A stretch of 64,000 nt of DNA. It comes from Betaproteobacteria bacterium. Its GTDB lineage: Bacteria; Pseudomonadota; Gammaproteobacteria; Burkholderiales; SG8-41. Shown here in pieces: positions 46,315 to 55,501 of the stretch; positions within the stretch are counted from its first letter, which is position 1; each line of letters begins with the position of its first letter. The position numbers and the translations under genes are program-made. A model generated the notes under the pieces. It saw only the letters and a list, made by a program, of their open reading frames with translations, had not been told where the DNA came from and searched no databases. Location of the stretch: positions 3,843 through 67,842 of the forward strand of contig OMIN01000058.1 of assembly GCA_900299145.1 (NCBI GenBank). The letters run 5' to 3'.

Positions 46315-47625
46315 TTACTTCTTCGCGGCAGGCTTCTCCGCCATCAGTGCAGGCTCGTCCTTCTTCTTGTCGTTGCCGGGGATGAACGGGCTCCATGGCT
46401 GCGCCTTGACCGGGCCCTTGGTTTTCCACACCACGTTGAACTGGCCATCTGCCTTCACCTCGCCGATGAACACGGCTTTGTGCAGGTGGTGGTTCTTTTC
46501 GTCCATTTTCGAGGTGATGCCAGAAGGCGCGGTGAACGTTTGACCGCCCATCGCGGCAGCGACTTTGTCGGTGTCGAACGATTTGGCTTTTTCCACCGCC
46601 TGCTTCCACATATAGATGCCAATGTAAGTCGCTTCCATCGGATCGTTAGTCAGTGGCTTGTCTTTATGGCCAGCGATGTTCTTGGCCTTGGCATAAGAGG
46701 CCCACTTCTTGGTGAACTCGTCGTTGGCGGGCGCCTTTATCGACATGAAGTAGTTCCACGCGGCTAGATGGCCTACCAGCGGCTTGGTGTCGACGCCGCG
46801 CAACTCTTCTTCGCCCACCGAGAATGCGACGACCGGGACGTCAGTTGCCTTAAGTCCTTGATTTCCAAGCTCTTTATAGAAAGGGACGTTGGAGTCGCCA
46901 TTGATTGTGGAAACCACTGCGGTCTTGCCGCCCGCAGCGAATTTCTTCACGTCAGCGACGATGGTTTGATAGTCGCTGTGGCCGAACGGCGTGTACTTCT
47001 CGTCGATATCCTTGTCTGCAACGCCTTTGGATTTCAGGAACGCGCGCAGAATCTTGTTGGTGGTGCGCGGATACACATAGTCTGTGCCCAGCAACACCCA
47101 GCGCTTGGCGGCGCCGCCTTCCTTGCTCATCAAGTACTCGACAGCGGGGATGGCTTGTTGATTGGGCGCGGCGCCCGTGTAGAACACGTTCCTGGAGATT
47201 TCTTCGCCTTCGTATTGCACCGGATAAAACAGCAGGCTGTTTAATTCCTCGAACACCGGCAGCACGGATTTGCGCGACACCGAAGTCCAGCAACCAAAGG
47301 TAACCGCAACTTTATCCTGCGAAATCAACTGCCGAGCCTTCTCGGCAAACAGTGGCCAATTCGATGCCGGGTCGACCACCACCGGTTCGATCTTCATGCC
47401 CATCACGCCGCCCTTGGCATTGATTTCGTCGATCGCCATCAACGCCACGTCTTTCAGCACGGTTTCGCTGATCGCCATGGTGCCGGACAGCGAGTGCAGT
47501 ATGCCGACTTTAACCGTCTTGGCTTGCGCAAGCGCATCCGGCGCGTGAACGCCCACGGCAGCGGCCACGGCCAGCGTACTGGCCAGCGCTGAAAATCGTT
47601 TAAGAAATGATCTGCGGTGAAACAT
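46315..47625 (-). CDS. urtA: Urea ABC transporter substrate-binding protein UrtA
   Basis: Tat-like signal (RRSFLK), Leu/Ile/Val-binding-protein fold. First gene of the urt-ure array. Confidence 0.9.
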   Translation of the reverse strand: MFHRRSFLKRFSALASTLAVAAAVGVHAPDALAQAKTVKVGILHSLSGTMAISETVLKDVALMAIDEINAKGGVMGMKIEPVVVDPASNWPLFAEKARQLISQDKVAVTFGCWTSVSRKSVLPVFEELNSLLFYPVQYEGEEISRNVFYTGAAPNQQAIPAVEYLMSKEGGAAKRWVLLGTDYVYPRTTNKILRAFLKSKGVADKDIDEKYTPFGHSDYQTIVADVKKFAAGGKTAVVSTINGDSNVPFYKELGNQGLKATDVPVVAFSVGEEELRGVDTKPLVGHLAAWNYFMSIKAPANDEFTKKWASYAKAKNIAGHKDKPLTNDPMEATYIGIYMWKQAVEKAKSFDTDKVAAAMGGQTFTAPSGITSKMDEKNHHLHKAVFIGEVKADGQFNVVWKTKGPVKAQPWSPFIPGNDKKKDEPALMAEKPAAKK

Positions 47626-47702
47626 GTTGCGTTACCCCCTTAAGGAAAAGTTTTGAGGACTCGCGTCTGGAGCCATGAAGTTCATGAGTGCCTGGTTGAT
47701 AA

Positions 47703-47718
47703 AGCACGACTCATGCCA
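47703..47718 (-). promoter_or_regulatory. Sigma54-type promoter (-24/-12) upstream of urtA
   Basis: The minus strand reads TGGCAT-GAGTC-GTGCT, i.e. GG-N10-GC spacing of the TGGCAC-N5-TTGC consensus. It lies about 75 nt upstream of the urtA ATG. Confidence 0.6.
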
Positions 47719-48010
47719 ACGACGCGTGACGGGGGATGCCGTCTGCCCGATCGCAGTGGCGCACAGACGGGAGGCATCCCAACCCATCGATAAGCGAACA
47801 CCAAATCGCCGCATGAAGATTTTTCATCTATCTGATTTGTAAGGAGTTTTTAATGAGACTGACGGAGAAATTCGGCAGTACGCGTCCGTGACGGCTTAAC
47901 GGGAAAAAATTTTCAGCACAAAAGTTGCGCACCCAGTTCGCACCGAAATTACGCCAATGCATTTGGAATGCACCAGATTGGGATGGCTCTGACATCCCGC
48001 GTTTCGGGCG

Positions 48011-48027
48011 GGCACCGTGGTTGTGCA
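48011..48027. promoter_or_regulatory. NtrC-like enhancer half-site pair between the divergent sigma54 promoters
   Basis: GGCACC-GTGGT-TGTGCA versus consensus TGCACC-N5-GGTGCA. A weaker site, AGCACA-AAAGT-TGCGCA, lies at 47905..47921. The palindrome TGCAT-N5-ATGCA lies at 47958..47972. Confidence 0.3.
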
Positions 48028-48150
48028 TTCGGCGAAATTCTGCTGCCTGGTTCCCGAAAAATCCGCTTACGGCCTTCCGGTCAACACGAATGCTCATGGA
48101 ATTTTTGACGGCACTCGTAAGTTCGTGCATCGCCGGTGAAGTGATCGCAG

Positions 48151-48166
48151 TGGCATGAAAGGTGCT
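48151..48166 (+). promoter_or_regulatory. Sigma54-type promoter (-24/-12) upstream of the porin gene
   Basis: TGGCAT-GAAAG-GTGCT, with the same half-sites as the urtA promoter. It lies about 80 nt upstream of ATG 48245. Confidence 0.55.
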
Positions 48167-48244
48167 CTGCATATTTTGGTGCGCAGTACGCACGCATCCT
48201 TTGAAGCATCAAATCTTTTTCATAGCCAAACTAAAGGGGCAAAA

Positions 48245-49471
48245 ATGAAACTCGCGGCGCGATCACGTCCGTTATCAAAACCAAACAATTCACTGCGTGG
48301 CAAAACAGTGCGCAATCTGCTCGCGCTGGCCGTGCTCGCCACAACGCAAGGCGCTTTCGCCGGCGCTGAACTGAAGATCAGCGACGATGCCAGTGTCAAT
48401 CTCGGCGTGGGGCTGCGCACCAGCTACACCAGCACGGAACGTGGCGCGCCCAACGGCACCTCGCGCTCGAGCGATTTCAATCTGGAAAATATCCGCCTCT
48501 ATATGAGCGGCCAGTACGGCAAGGTCATCAAGCTCACGTTCAACACGGAGCGCACGGGCGGGCCGGCCGCCACCGGCGGTGACAACGTGCGCGTGATGGA
48601 TGCGATTGCGCAATTTGAGTTCATGCCCGAATTCAATGTGTGGATGGGCCGCATGCTGCCACCGAGCGACCGCGCCAATCTGTATGGGCCGTTCTTTGCG
48701 TTGCCGTGGTCTTATCCCGGGGTCGCCTCCAATTACCCCAATCTTGCCGTCGGTCGCGACAACGGTGTCATGGTTTGGGGCAAGCCGTTTGGCGGCAAGC
48801 TGGTGTATTCGGTGGGTGCGTTTGAAGGTCACAACAAAAATGCGGCGTTATCGGGCGGTTCCGATCGCCTGCAATATTCCGGGCGTGTGGCGTTGAATCT
48901 GCTGGAAGCCGAACCCGCGCCCGCGCACTACACGGGCGGCTGGTACGGTGGCAAGGATCTGTTCACCGTGGGGTTGGCTACGTCACGCCAGTCGGACGGC
49001 GTGGGCAGCGCAACCCGCAAAGGCAGCCTGAACATCTGGAACGCCGATTTGCTGTTTGAGAAAAAACTCAGCGCCGGCGTGCCGACGCTGGAAGGCGCTT
49101 ACTATAAGTACAACCTCGGCGCGGTGGATTGCGGCTCCGGTGAGCCTGGCGCGGTGGGCTGTCCGGCGGTATTGCCTACGGGTGACAATCTGGGCGGGCA
49201 GGTCGACGGCAAATCGTATTTACTGGGCGCTGCGTGGATGTTCCCGCAACAAATCGGTTGGGGAAAATTCCAGCCGTTTGTGCGTTACCAGAAGTTCAAC
49301 CGCTCAGTGAGCAGCACCACCAGCAAGGCGACCGATGTTGGCTTGAACTACATCATCCGCGGTCCGAACGCGAAAATTTCGCTGATGTATACTAAGTTCA
49401 ACGACAATCGTCTGGCGGTCGCGGTGCGAGATACCGACATGTTCACACTGGGCGTGCAGTTGCAGTATTGA
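48245..49471 (+). CDS. Outer-membrane beta-barrel porin-like protein, possibly a short-chain amide/urea porin (FmdC-like)
   Basis: Signal peptide ending TTQGAFA. Alternating beta-strand pattern. C-terminus ...FTLGVQLQY. Divergent from urtA. ATG 48245 follows AGGGG. Confidence 0.55.
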   Translation: MKLAARSRPLSKPNNSLRGKTVRNLLALAVLATTQGAFAGAELKISDDASVNLGVGLRTSYTSTERGAPNGTSRSSDFNLENIRLYMSGQYGKVIKLTFNTERTGGPAATGGDNVRVMDAIAQFEFMPEFNVWMGRMLPPSDRANLYGPFFALPWSYPGVASNYPNLAVGRDNGVMVWGKPFGGKLVYSVGAFEGHNKNAALSGGSDRLQYSGRVALNLLEAEPAPAHYTGGWYGGKDLFTVGLATSRQSDGVGSATRKGSLNIWNADLLFEKKLSAGVPTLEGAYYKYNLGAVDCGSGEPGAVGCPAVLPTGDNLGGQVDGKSYLLGAAWMFPQQIGWGKFQPFVRYQKFNRSVSSTTSKATDVGLNYIIRGPNAKISLMYTKFNDNRLAVAVRDTDMFTLGVQLQY

Positions 49472-49664
49472 TATTGCTGGCGCTATTGCTGGCGTAATTG
49501 CCACGCGGCTGCCCGCATGACCGAATCGTGCGGGTAACCGCGACAAGTGGTTTGCCAATTCCTTTACAGCTTTGCCGTGCTTTCGCTTTCGTTCAGGCGT
49601 GCGCCCTTGCCGCCATCCCGGCCAGTGTTGTGTGTGGTGCATGACGCCTTCTCCGGGCCGCCCA

Positions 49665-49690
49665 TAAGTATCTGTTTTTATTGATTTTTT
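49665..49690 (+). repeat. AT-rich dispersed repeat, copy L
   Basis: TAAGTATCTGTTTTTATTGATTTTTT. Intergenic, between the porin and CMD-family genes. Confidence 0.9.
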
Positions 49691-49861
49691 GCGGGATGCT
49701 GGGCATGGGTTCCTGAAAGTGCCGGCGTCGCCGCCACACGATCCTGCGGCAGTGCCGTTGATTGCAGTGCTACGTGCCGATGCGCGACGGTGTGTTGATC
49801 CCGCCGCAGTCGTGTTAACTTCCTCCCTCCGCAACTTTTCGAAATTTTTCAAGGACACACT

Positions 49862-50449
49862 ATGGCCGGCCGCCGTTTACCTCTCATTCCCGTCGATAAA
49901 CTCAGCACCGAGCAGCGCAAAGTATATGACTCGATACGCGGGGGGCCCCGCGCGAAGCTTGCCAACTTTAGCGGTGCCGCGCCAGGGCCGCTGGGCGGGC
50001 CGTTTAACATGATGTTGCGCAGCCCCGGCATCGGCAATATCGTGCAATCGCTGGGCGGCGAAATTCGCTTCAATTCCTCGTTGCCCGCCAAGCTGAATGA
50101 ATTTGCGATTATTGTCACCGCGCGCTACTGGACGTCGCAGTACGAATGGCATGCGCACTGCCGGCTGGCGATCGAAGCCGGGCTGGATCCGGCCAAGGCA
50201 AAAGATGTAGCCGAGAATCGCCGCCCGGCCAACATGGATGCCGCCGAAGCCGCCGTCTACGATTTCTCGCACGAACTGCATACGAAGAAAAGCGTGTCAG
50301 ACGAAAATTACCAGCGCGTGCTGGATCAATTCGGCGAGCGCGGCGTGTTTGATCTCGTGGCGGTCAATGGTTACTACTCGCTGGTGTCGATGATCCTGAA
50401 CGTGGATCGCGCGCAGTTGCCGGAAGGCGTACCGCTGCCGTTGAAGTAA
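49862..50449 (+). CDS. Carboxymuconolactone decarboxylase (AhpD-like) family protein
   Basis: CMD-family helical core with an EWHAH segment; size about 195 aa. Confidence 0.7.
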   Translation: MAGRRLPLIPVDKLSTEQRKVYDSIRGGPRAKLANFSGAAPGPLGGPFNMMLRSPGIGNIVQSLGGEIRFNSSLPAKLNEFAIIVTARYWTSQYEWHAHCRLAIEAGLDPAKAKDVAENRRPANMDAAEAAVYDFSHELHTKKSVSDENYQRVLDQFGERGVFDLVAVNGYYSLVSMILNVDRAQLPEGVPLPLK

Positions 50450-50475
50450 GTTACAGGGCCAAATGCGGAGGCGTT

Positions 50476-51453
50476 GTGCGAAATGTATTGACTACGGTGT
50501 TTGTTCTTGCGAGCGGCGCGTTAAGCGTGGGATACAGTAGCGCGGGCCACGCGCAGACGTTTCCCACCAAGCCCATCCGTTTCATCATTCCCACCGCTGC
50601 TGGCGGCGGTTCCGATCAGATCGTGCGTTTCCTCGGCAACCGCTACACCGCCGCGTGGGCGCAGCAGATCGTGGTGGATAACCGGCCCGGCGCGGGCATG
50701 GTGATTGGCATCGACCTCGCATCGAAAGCCACGCCCGACGGCCACACGCTGGTGCTGGTGAATCCGTCGCACGCGATCAACGCCACGCTGATGGCGAAGC
50801 TACCGTACGATCCGGTGAATGATCTGATTCCCATTTGCGTGGTCGCTACGCAGGCGTTCGGGCTGGTGACGCCCAATTCGCTGCCGGCGAAAAACGTCAA
50901 GGAGCTGATTGCACTGCTGAAAACCAAACCACGCGGCTATTCGTTTGGCTCATCGGGGCCGGGCTCGGCCTCGCATCTCGCAGGCGAAATGTTTCTCGGC
51001 ATGACCGGCACGGAAATGGTTCACATCGCTTACAAGGGTACGGGGCCGGTGCTGACCGATCTGATACCGGGGCGCCTGCAGATGTACATCAACCCGATGC
51101 TGGCGATTATCAATCAGGTGAACGCGGGGCAGTTGCGTTTGCTTGGCGTAACCTCCGCCAGGCGCGTGGCGTCGCTGCCCGATGTACCCACGGTGAGCGA
51201 GGCCGGCGTGCCGGGGTACGAGGCGACGTCGTGGTACATGGTGCTGGCCCCCGCCAAAACGCCCGCGCCCATCATCAACCAGATTCATCGCGAAACAGCC
51301 AACGCGTTAAAGGCCAAGGACATGCTCGATATGCTGGCCAAAGGCGGGACCGAAGCGCTGGGCAACACACCCGCGGAAGCGATGACGTTCCTGAAATCCG
51401 AAATCGCAAAGTGGGGCAAGGTGATCCGCGACGCGAAAATTACCCAGCAGTAG
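50476..51453 (+). CDS. Bug/TctC-family periplasmic substrate-binding protein
   Basis: GTG start after GGAGG. FPTKPIRFIIPTAAGGGSD, DNRPGAG and AYKGTG motifs. Confidence 0.9.
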   Translation: MRNVLTTVFVLASGALSVGYSSAGHAQTFPTKPIRFIIPTAAGGGSDQIVRFLGNRYTAAWAQQIVVDNRPGAGMVIGIDLASKATPDGHTLVLVNPSHAINATLMAKLPYDPVNDLIPICVVATQAFGLVTPNSLPAKNVKELIALLKTKPRGYSFGSSGPGSASHLAGEMFLGMTGTEMVHIAYKGTGPVLTDLIPGRLQMYINPMLAIINQVNAGQLRLLGVTSARRVASLPDVPTVSEAGVPGYEATSWYMVLAPAKTPAPIINQIHRETANALKAKDMLDMLAKGGTEALGNTPAEAMTFLKSEIAKWGKVIRDAKITQQ

Positions 51454-51483
51454 CCGCCAGGGGCGCTGACGGGATGGGTTTTG

Positions 51484-51514
51484 TAAGTGTCTGATTTATT
51501 GGATATTTATTTTA
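51484..51514 (+). repeat. AT-rich dispersed repeat, copy M
   Basis: TAAGTGTCTGATTTATTGGATATTTATTTT. Shares the 5' flank TGGGTTTTG with copy N. Confidence 0.75.
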
Positions 51515-51769
51515 CGGCTTTTGTGACATAGTGCCGTTTGGCCCATGTTGGCCGCGCGAGTCCGCGAGCCGCAGCGGTTAGAATACGCCGCCCGAATTGC
51601 CGGTATGGCCCGTATGAATTGCGGGATGCTTCAGAAAGTATGTCAGTTGCCGATAGAGGACCATTGGGAACGATAAGCCACAAAACATCCGCACAGGGCG
51701 CAAAAGGGCGCGGTAGGCACAAAAAGAGCCGGGTCTTTCGATTGAGTAACGCCGTATAAAAACCGAAAA

Positions 51770-53722
51770 ATGTCCGTTCAAGATAATCATGGTTTTGGTT
51801 TGCCCGGTTCGGCGAGCCGGCCGCTCCAGCAAACCTTGCGCACGGACGAAATGACGCTGATTCAGAGCGTCAGCGATCATGGACTGATGGCGCAGGGCGT
51901 GTCGGCGGCGATTACTGCGTTGACGTTTATTCACGCCAATACGGTGTCGCCAGGTCTGGCGCACGTGATGACTTGGCTGTTCTGCATGTTCTGCGCGGTA
52001 GGCCTGCGCTATGCCCTGCACGTCGCCTACAAGCGCGTGCAGGCCGATCTGAAGGCCGACCGTCACTGGGGCCACATCGTCGCCATCAGCAATGGCCTGA
52101 TCGGCGCGTGTTGGGGCTGGGCCGCATATGCATTTTTTTATGGCAATCAGTCGGGCGTAGAGCTGACGTTGATTTTGGCGCTCACCGTCGCGGCGGCGTC
52201 TGCGCAGACCATTTCGCCCACGCGCGAGACGCTGGCTGCACTGCTGTTGCCCATGTTGGTACCGTTCATCGTGAATCTGATGATGATCGATCCAATGAAG
52301 TTTGCGGCGCCCGCTGTGTTGGCGATCGCGCTGATGTTGACCTTGTGGTACAGCCTGTCGCGCTATCGCATGCTGCTCGCGGCGAGCATCGACGGTTACG
52401 AGCGGCGCAGCGCCTCGGATGCCGCCATGATACGCGGCGCTGAAACTGCCAATCGGCTCTTCGCACAAGTGGTAACCGAGCGCGAACGCGCGGAAGCGGA
52501 ATTGAAAATTGCCAAGCAGGCGGCCGACGACGCGAATCAGGCGAAGGGCGATTTTCTCGCGTATACCAGTCATGAAATCCGTACGCCTTTGACTGCGGTG
52601 ATCGGTTTTTCCGATGCGCTACTGGCCTCGCCGCAGAATTCCACGCACCGCGATTACACGCGCCGCATCAAGGGTGCGAGCACGCGCTTACTGACGCTGA
52701 TCAACGACCTGCTTGACCTGTCGAAAATCGAAGCGGGCAAGCTCAACATTGAATACACCGACCTTGAATTGCGCCAGCTTGTCGACGAGGTGGTGCGGGA
52801 GCAGGAGGTGAAGGCGCGCGAAAAGCAGGTGAACCTCGAACTCGCTGTCGAAGCCGATGTGCCCGACGCTTTGGTGGGCGATTCGCTGCGGCTGCGGCAG
52901 ATACTGCTCAATCTGATCGGCAATGCCATCAAATTTACGCCCGCCAACGGCACGGTATCGACGCGGGTGCGGCTGCTTTCCATGACCGATGGCGTACCGC
53001 GCCTGGCGTTTTCCGTCACCGACACGGGCATCGGCATTCCAGCCGACCGCTTGCCCGCGATGTTCCAGCGCTACACGCAGGCCGAAGCCAGCACCGCGCG
53101 CAAGTACGGTGGCACGGGGCTGGGACTGTCGATTTGTAAATCGCTGGTGGAGCTGATGGAAGGCAAGATCGGCGTCAACAGCGAATCAGGCAAGGGCTCC
53201 GAATTCTGGTTCGAGTTGCCGTTCAAGATTTCCGAAGCGGCCGACATGGACAAACGCTTCGACACGCCACCCGCCATGCCCGCGGTTGCCGGCGCGGCAG
53301 CGGCTCCCGCCGCCGATGCGCCGCCGTTCAAGGGCATGCGCGTTCTGGTGGCCGAGGATAACGACAACAACCAGATGCTGATCGAACTGCTGCTTGCGAA
53401 GCAGGGCGTGGAGGCGGTAATCGTCGGCGACGGTACGGAGGCGGTGGAAAATCTGCGTACCAATACGTACGATCTGGTATTTATGGACCTTGAAATGCCG
53501 ATCATGGGTGGCATTGAGGCCGTGGCTAAGATACGCGAGTTCGAGGCGCCACTGGGCCGCCATACCATGATCGCGGCGCTGTCGGCGCACGCGCCCGAGG
53601 ACGAGCGCGATCACTGTATCGCGGCGGGCATGGACGATTACATGATGAAGCCCATCGACGTGAAAGTGTTGCTTGAGTTATTGCGTAAATACGCCCCGGC
53701 AAGCCTGCGCGAAGGCACATGA
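51770..53722 (+). CDS. Hybrid sensor histidine kinase / response regulator with polytopic N-terminal sensor
   Basis: About 6 TM segments. H-box SHEIRTPL; N and G boxes ([22 protein letters not shown]). C-terminal receiver ([10 protein letters not shown]...[10 protein letters not shown]). Confidence 0.9.
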   Translation: MSVQDNHGFGLPGSASRPLQQTLRTDEMTLIQSVSDHGLMAQGVSAAITALTFIHANTVSPGLAHVMTWLFCMFCAVGLRYALHVAYKRVQADLKADRHWGHIVAISNGLIGACWGWAAYAFFYGNQSGVELTLILALTVAAASAQTISPTRETLAALLLPMLVPFIVNLMMIDPMKFAAPAVLAIALMLTLWYSLSRYRMLLAASIDGYERRSASDAAMIRGAETANRLFAQVVTERERAEAELKIAKQAADDANQAKGDFLAYTSHEIRTPLTAVIGFSDALLASPQNSTHRDYTRRIKGASTRLLTLINDLLDLSKIEAGKLNIEYTDLELRQLVDEVVREQEVKAREKQVNLELAVEADVPDALVGDSLRLRQILLNLIGNAIKFTPANGTVSTRVRLLSMTDGVPRLAFSVTDTGIGIPADRLPAMFQRYTQAEASTARKYGGTGLGLSICKSLVELMEGKIGVNSESGKGSEFWFELPFKISEAADMDKRFDTPPAMPAVAGAAAAPAADAPPFKGMRVLVAEDNDNNQMLIELLLAKQGVEAVIVGDGTEAVENLRTNTYDLVFMDLEMPIMGGIEAVAKIREFEAPLGRHTMIAALSAHAPEDERDHCIAAGMDDYMMKPIDVKVLLELLRKYAPASLREGT

Positions 53723-53806
53723 CTACTTAAAACCCTGACATTGGGTTTGTGTTTTGTTTACAATGCGCGCTTGCCACGCAGGAATGATTGCCGCTGAAAT
53801 GGCGCC

Positions 53807-55456
53807 ATGAGAGAACAGGTTCCCGTCGATAAGCTCGCTATAGGCATGTTCGTGGCCGAACTGGACAGGCCATGGGTTGGCACGCCGTTTTTAATCCGGG
53901 GCTTCGTGGTCGAGACCGAGCGCGAGATTCAACAGCTTCAGCGCGTGTGTAAACATGTGTTCGTCGAACGCAGCCTGTCGACCGGCGATCAGTTCATTGC
54001 GGAGAAGGTCGAGGCGAAAGTCGCGGTGCAGCGCGTGCGTGCCGAGCCGCAGGCCAAGATTTACAAGGACAAGAGCGACGGGGCGGATAACGCCGAAGGC
54101 GGCGGCCTGATCGGCAGCATTGGCAAGATTTTCAAGTCGGCATTTTCCACCGACGGCGTGCCGCCGCCGGAAGAACCTCGCGCGCCGTCCCGCGCCGCGC
54201 CGGTGCGCGAACGCGAACCGGTCATCACGTTTTACAAGGACCAGGAGCCCGCCAAACGGCCCAAGCCGCAGGAAGTCTCGGCTGTGCGCGAAAAAGGCAT
54301 GAGCAGCGAAGAACGTGGCTATATCGAACAGGCCCTCGATCCCGAAGCCACGGTCAAGGTGTACGCCGAAAAGGAATCAGGCGGCTTGTTGGGCAAGCTT
54401 ACCCGGCTGCTCAAGGTCAGCGCCGAGGACAAGAAACTCGTCGAAGCCAGCCGCGCGGTGGTGGAAGAAAAGCCGGTCTACGTCGACCAGACCACCATCG
54501 AAGATGAAATTCCGATGGCGCAAGCGGCCGCACAAAAAGTCGAGACGGTCGTGCAGTCGGTCATTGCCGATCTGAACAAAAACAAAACGCTGGAGTTGGA
54601 CCGAGTCAATGAAGCCGTGGGCTGGATGGTCGAATCGGTGGTGCGCAACCCTGACGGCATGGTGTGGCTGACGCGTCTGAAAAGTGTCGACGCCTACACC
54701 TACGATCACGGTTTGAACACCGCGATTTATCTCATTGCCTTCGGCCGGCATCTCGGTCTGCCCGAAGACCAGTTGCAGACCATCGGCACAGTGGGTCTGA
54801 TGCAGGATGTCGGCAAGATCAAACTGCCGCGCGCGCTTCTTGAAAAAACCAGCAAACTGTCGGCAGCGGAACTGAAGGTGTTTCAGAGCCACGTCGGCCA
54901 CAGCATCACCGTGGTGTCGAGTTCCAGCGATTCCACGCCGGCGTTGCTCGATGCCATATCGCAGCATCACGAGCGCTTCGACGGCAGCGGTTACCCCAAG
55001 GGCCTCGCCGGCGACCAGATTTCACAACTGGGCGGCATGGCCGGGCTGGTGGATACGTACGCCGCGCTGATCAGCGCGCGTGCCTACGCGCAGCCGATAT
55101 CCGTGCAGCAGGCGCTGCACCAACTGTATACTAGCCGCGGTCAGGCATTCAGAGGCGACCTGGTGGAGCAATTCATACAATGCGTGGGCGTGTTCCCGGT
55201 GGGCAGTCTGGTTGAGCTGAACACCGGCGAAGTCGCGGTAGTGGTGTCGCAGAATCGTTCGCGGCGCCTGAAGCCGCGCGTGATGCTGGTGCTTGACAAG
55301 GACCGTCAGTCGTATCCCTCGCCCATCATGCTCGATCTGATCCTCGATCCACCATCACCTAATGGCGAGCCGTATCGCATCGTACGCGGCCTGCAGGCGG
55401 GCATTTACGAGCACGATCCGGAGAAAACGCTGGCCGCGCTGATGGAGGCGAAGTAA
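53807..55456 (+). CDS. HD-GYP domain c-di-GMP phosphodiesterase-like protein with DUF3391-like N-terminus
   Basis: HD region (...YDHGLNTA...MQDVGK...) and HHERFDGSGYPKGL. Confidence 0.85.
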   Translation: MREQVPVDKLAIGMFVAELDRPWVGTPFLIRGFVVETEREIQQLQRVCKHVFVERSLSTGDQFIAEKVEAKVAVQRVRAEPQAKIYKDKSDGADNAEGGGLIGSIGKIFKSAFSTDGVPPPEEPRAPSRAAPVREREPVITFYKDQEPAKRPKPQEVSAVREKGMSSEERGYIEQALDPEATVKVYAEKESGGLLGKLTRLLKVSAEDKKLVEASRAVVEEKPVYVDQTTIEDEIPMAQAAAQKVETVVQSVIADLNKNKTLELDRVNEAVGWMVESVVRNPDGMVWLTRLKSVDAYTYDHGLNTAIYLIAFGRHLGLPEDQLQTIGTVGLMQDVGKIKLPRALLEKTSKLSAAELKVFQSHVGHSITVVSSSSDSTPALLDAISQHHERFDGSGYPKGLAGDQISQLGGMAGLVDTYAALISARAYAQPISVQQALHQLYTSRGQAFRGDLVEQFIQCVGVFPVGSLVELNTGEVAVVVSQNRSRRLKPRVMLVLDKDRQSYPSPIMLDLILDPPSPNGEPYRIVRGLQAGIYEHDPEKTLAALMEAK

Positions 55457-55475
55457 GCTCAGCGCGTGGGTTTTG

Positions 55476-55501
55476 TAACTATTTGTTTTAATTGGTTATT
55501 T
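55476..55501 (+). repeat. AT-rich dispersed repeat, copy N
   Basis: TAACTATTTGTTTTAATTGGTTATTT. Lies 20 nt after the HD-GYP stop. Confidence 0.75.

Noticed and set aside
49473-49503. 12-bp tandem duplication ATTGCTGGCGCT-ATTGCTGGCGTA-ATTGCC just after the porin stop, plus the nearby hairpin CCCGCA-N11-TGCGGG (49507..49543)
   Set aside because: This is a single short local duplication with no array structure or spacers, so it is not CRISPR-like. The hairpin lacks a U-tract. It may be a weak terminator, but the evidence is too thin to call.
51578-52573. 331-aa ORF antisense to the 5' part of the hybrid histidine kinase
   Set aside because: It is an R/H/Q-rich composition artefact. The plus-strand product has coherent TM helices followed by kinase motifs.
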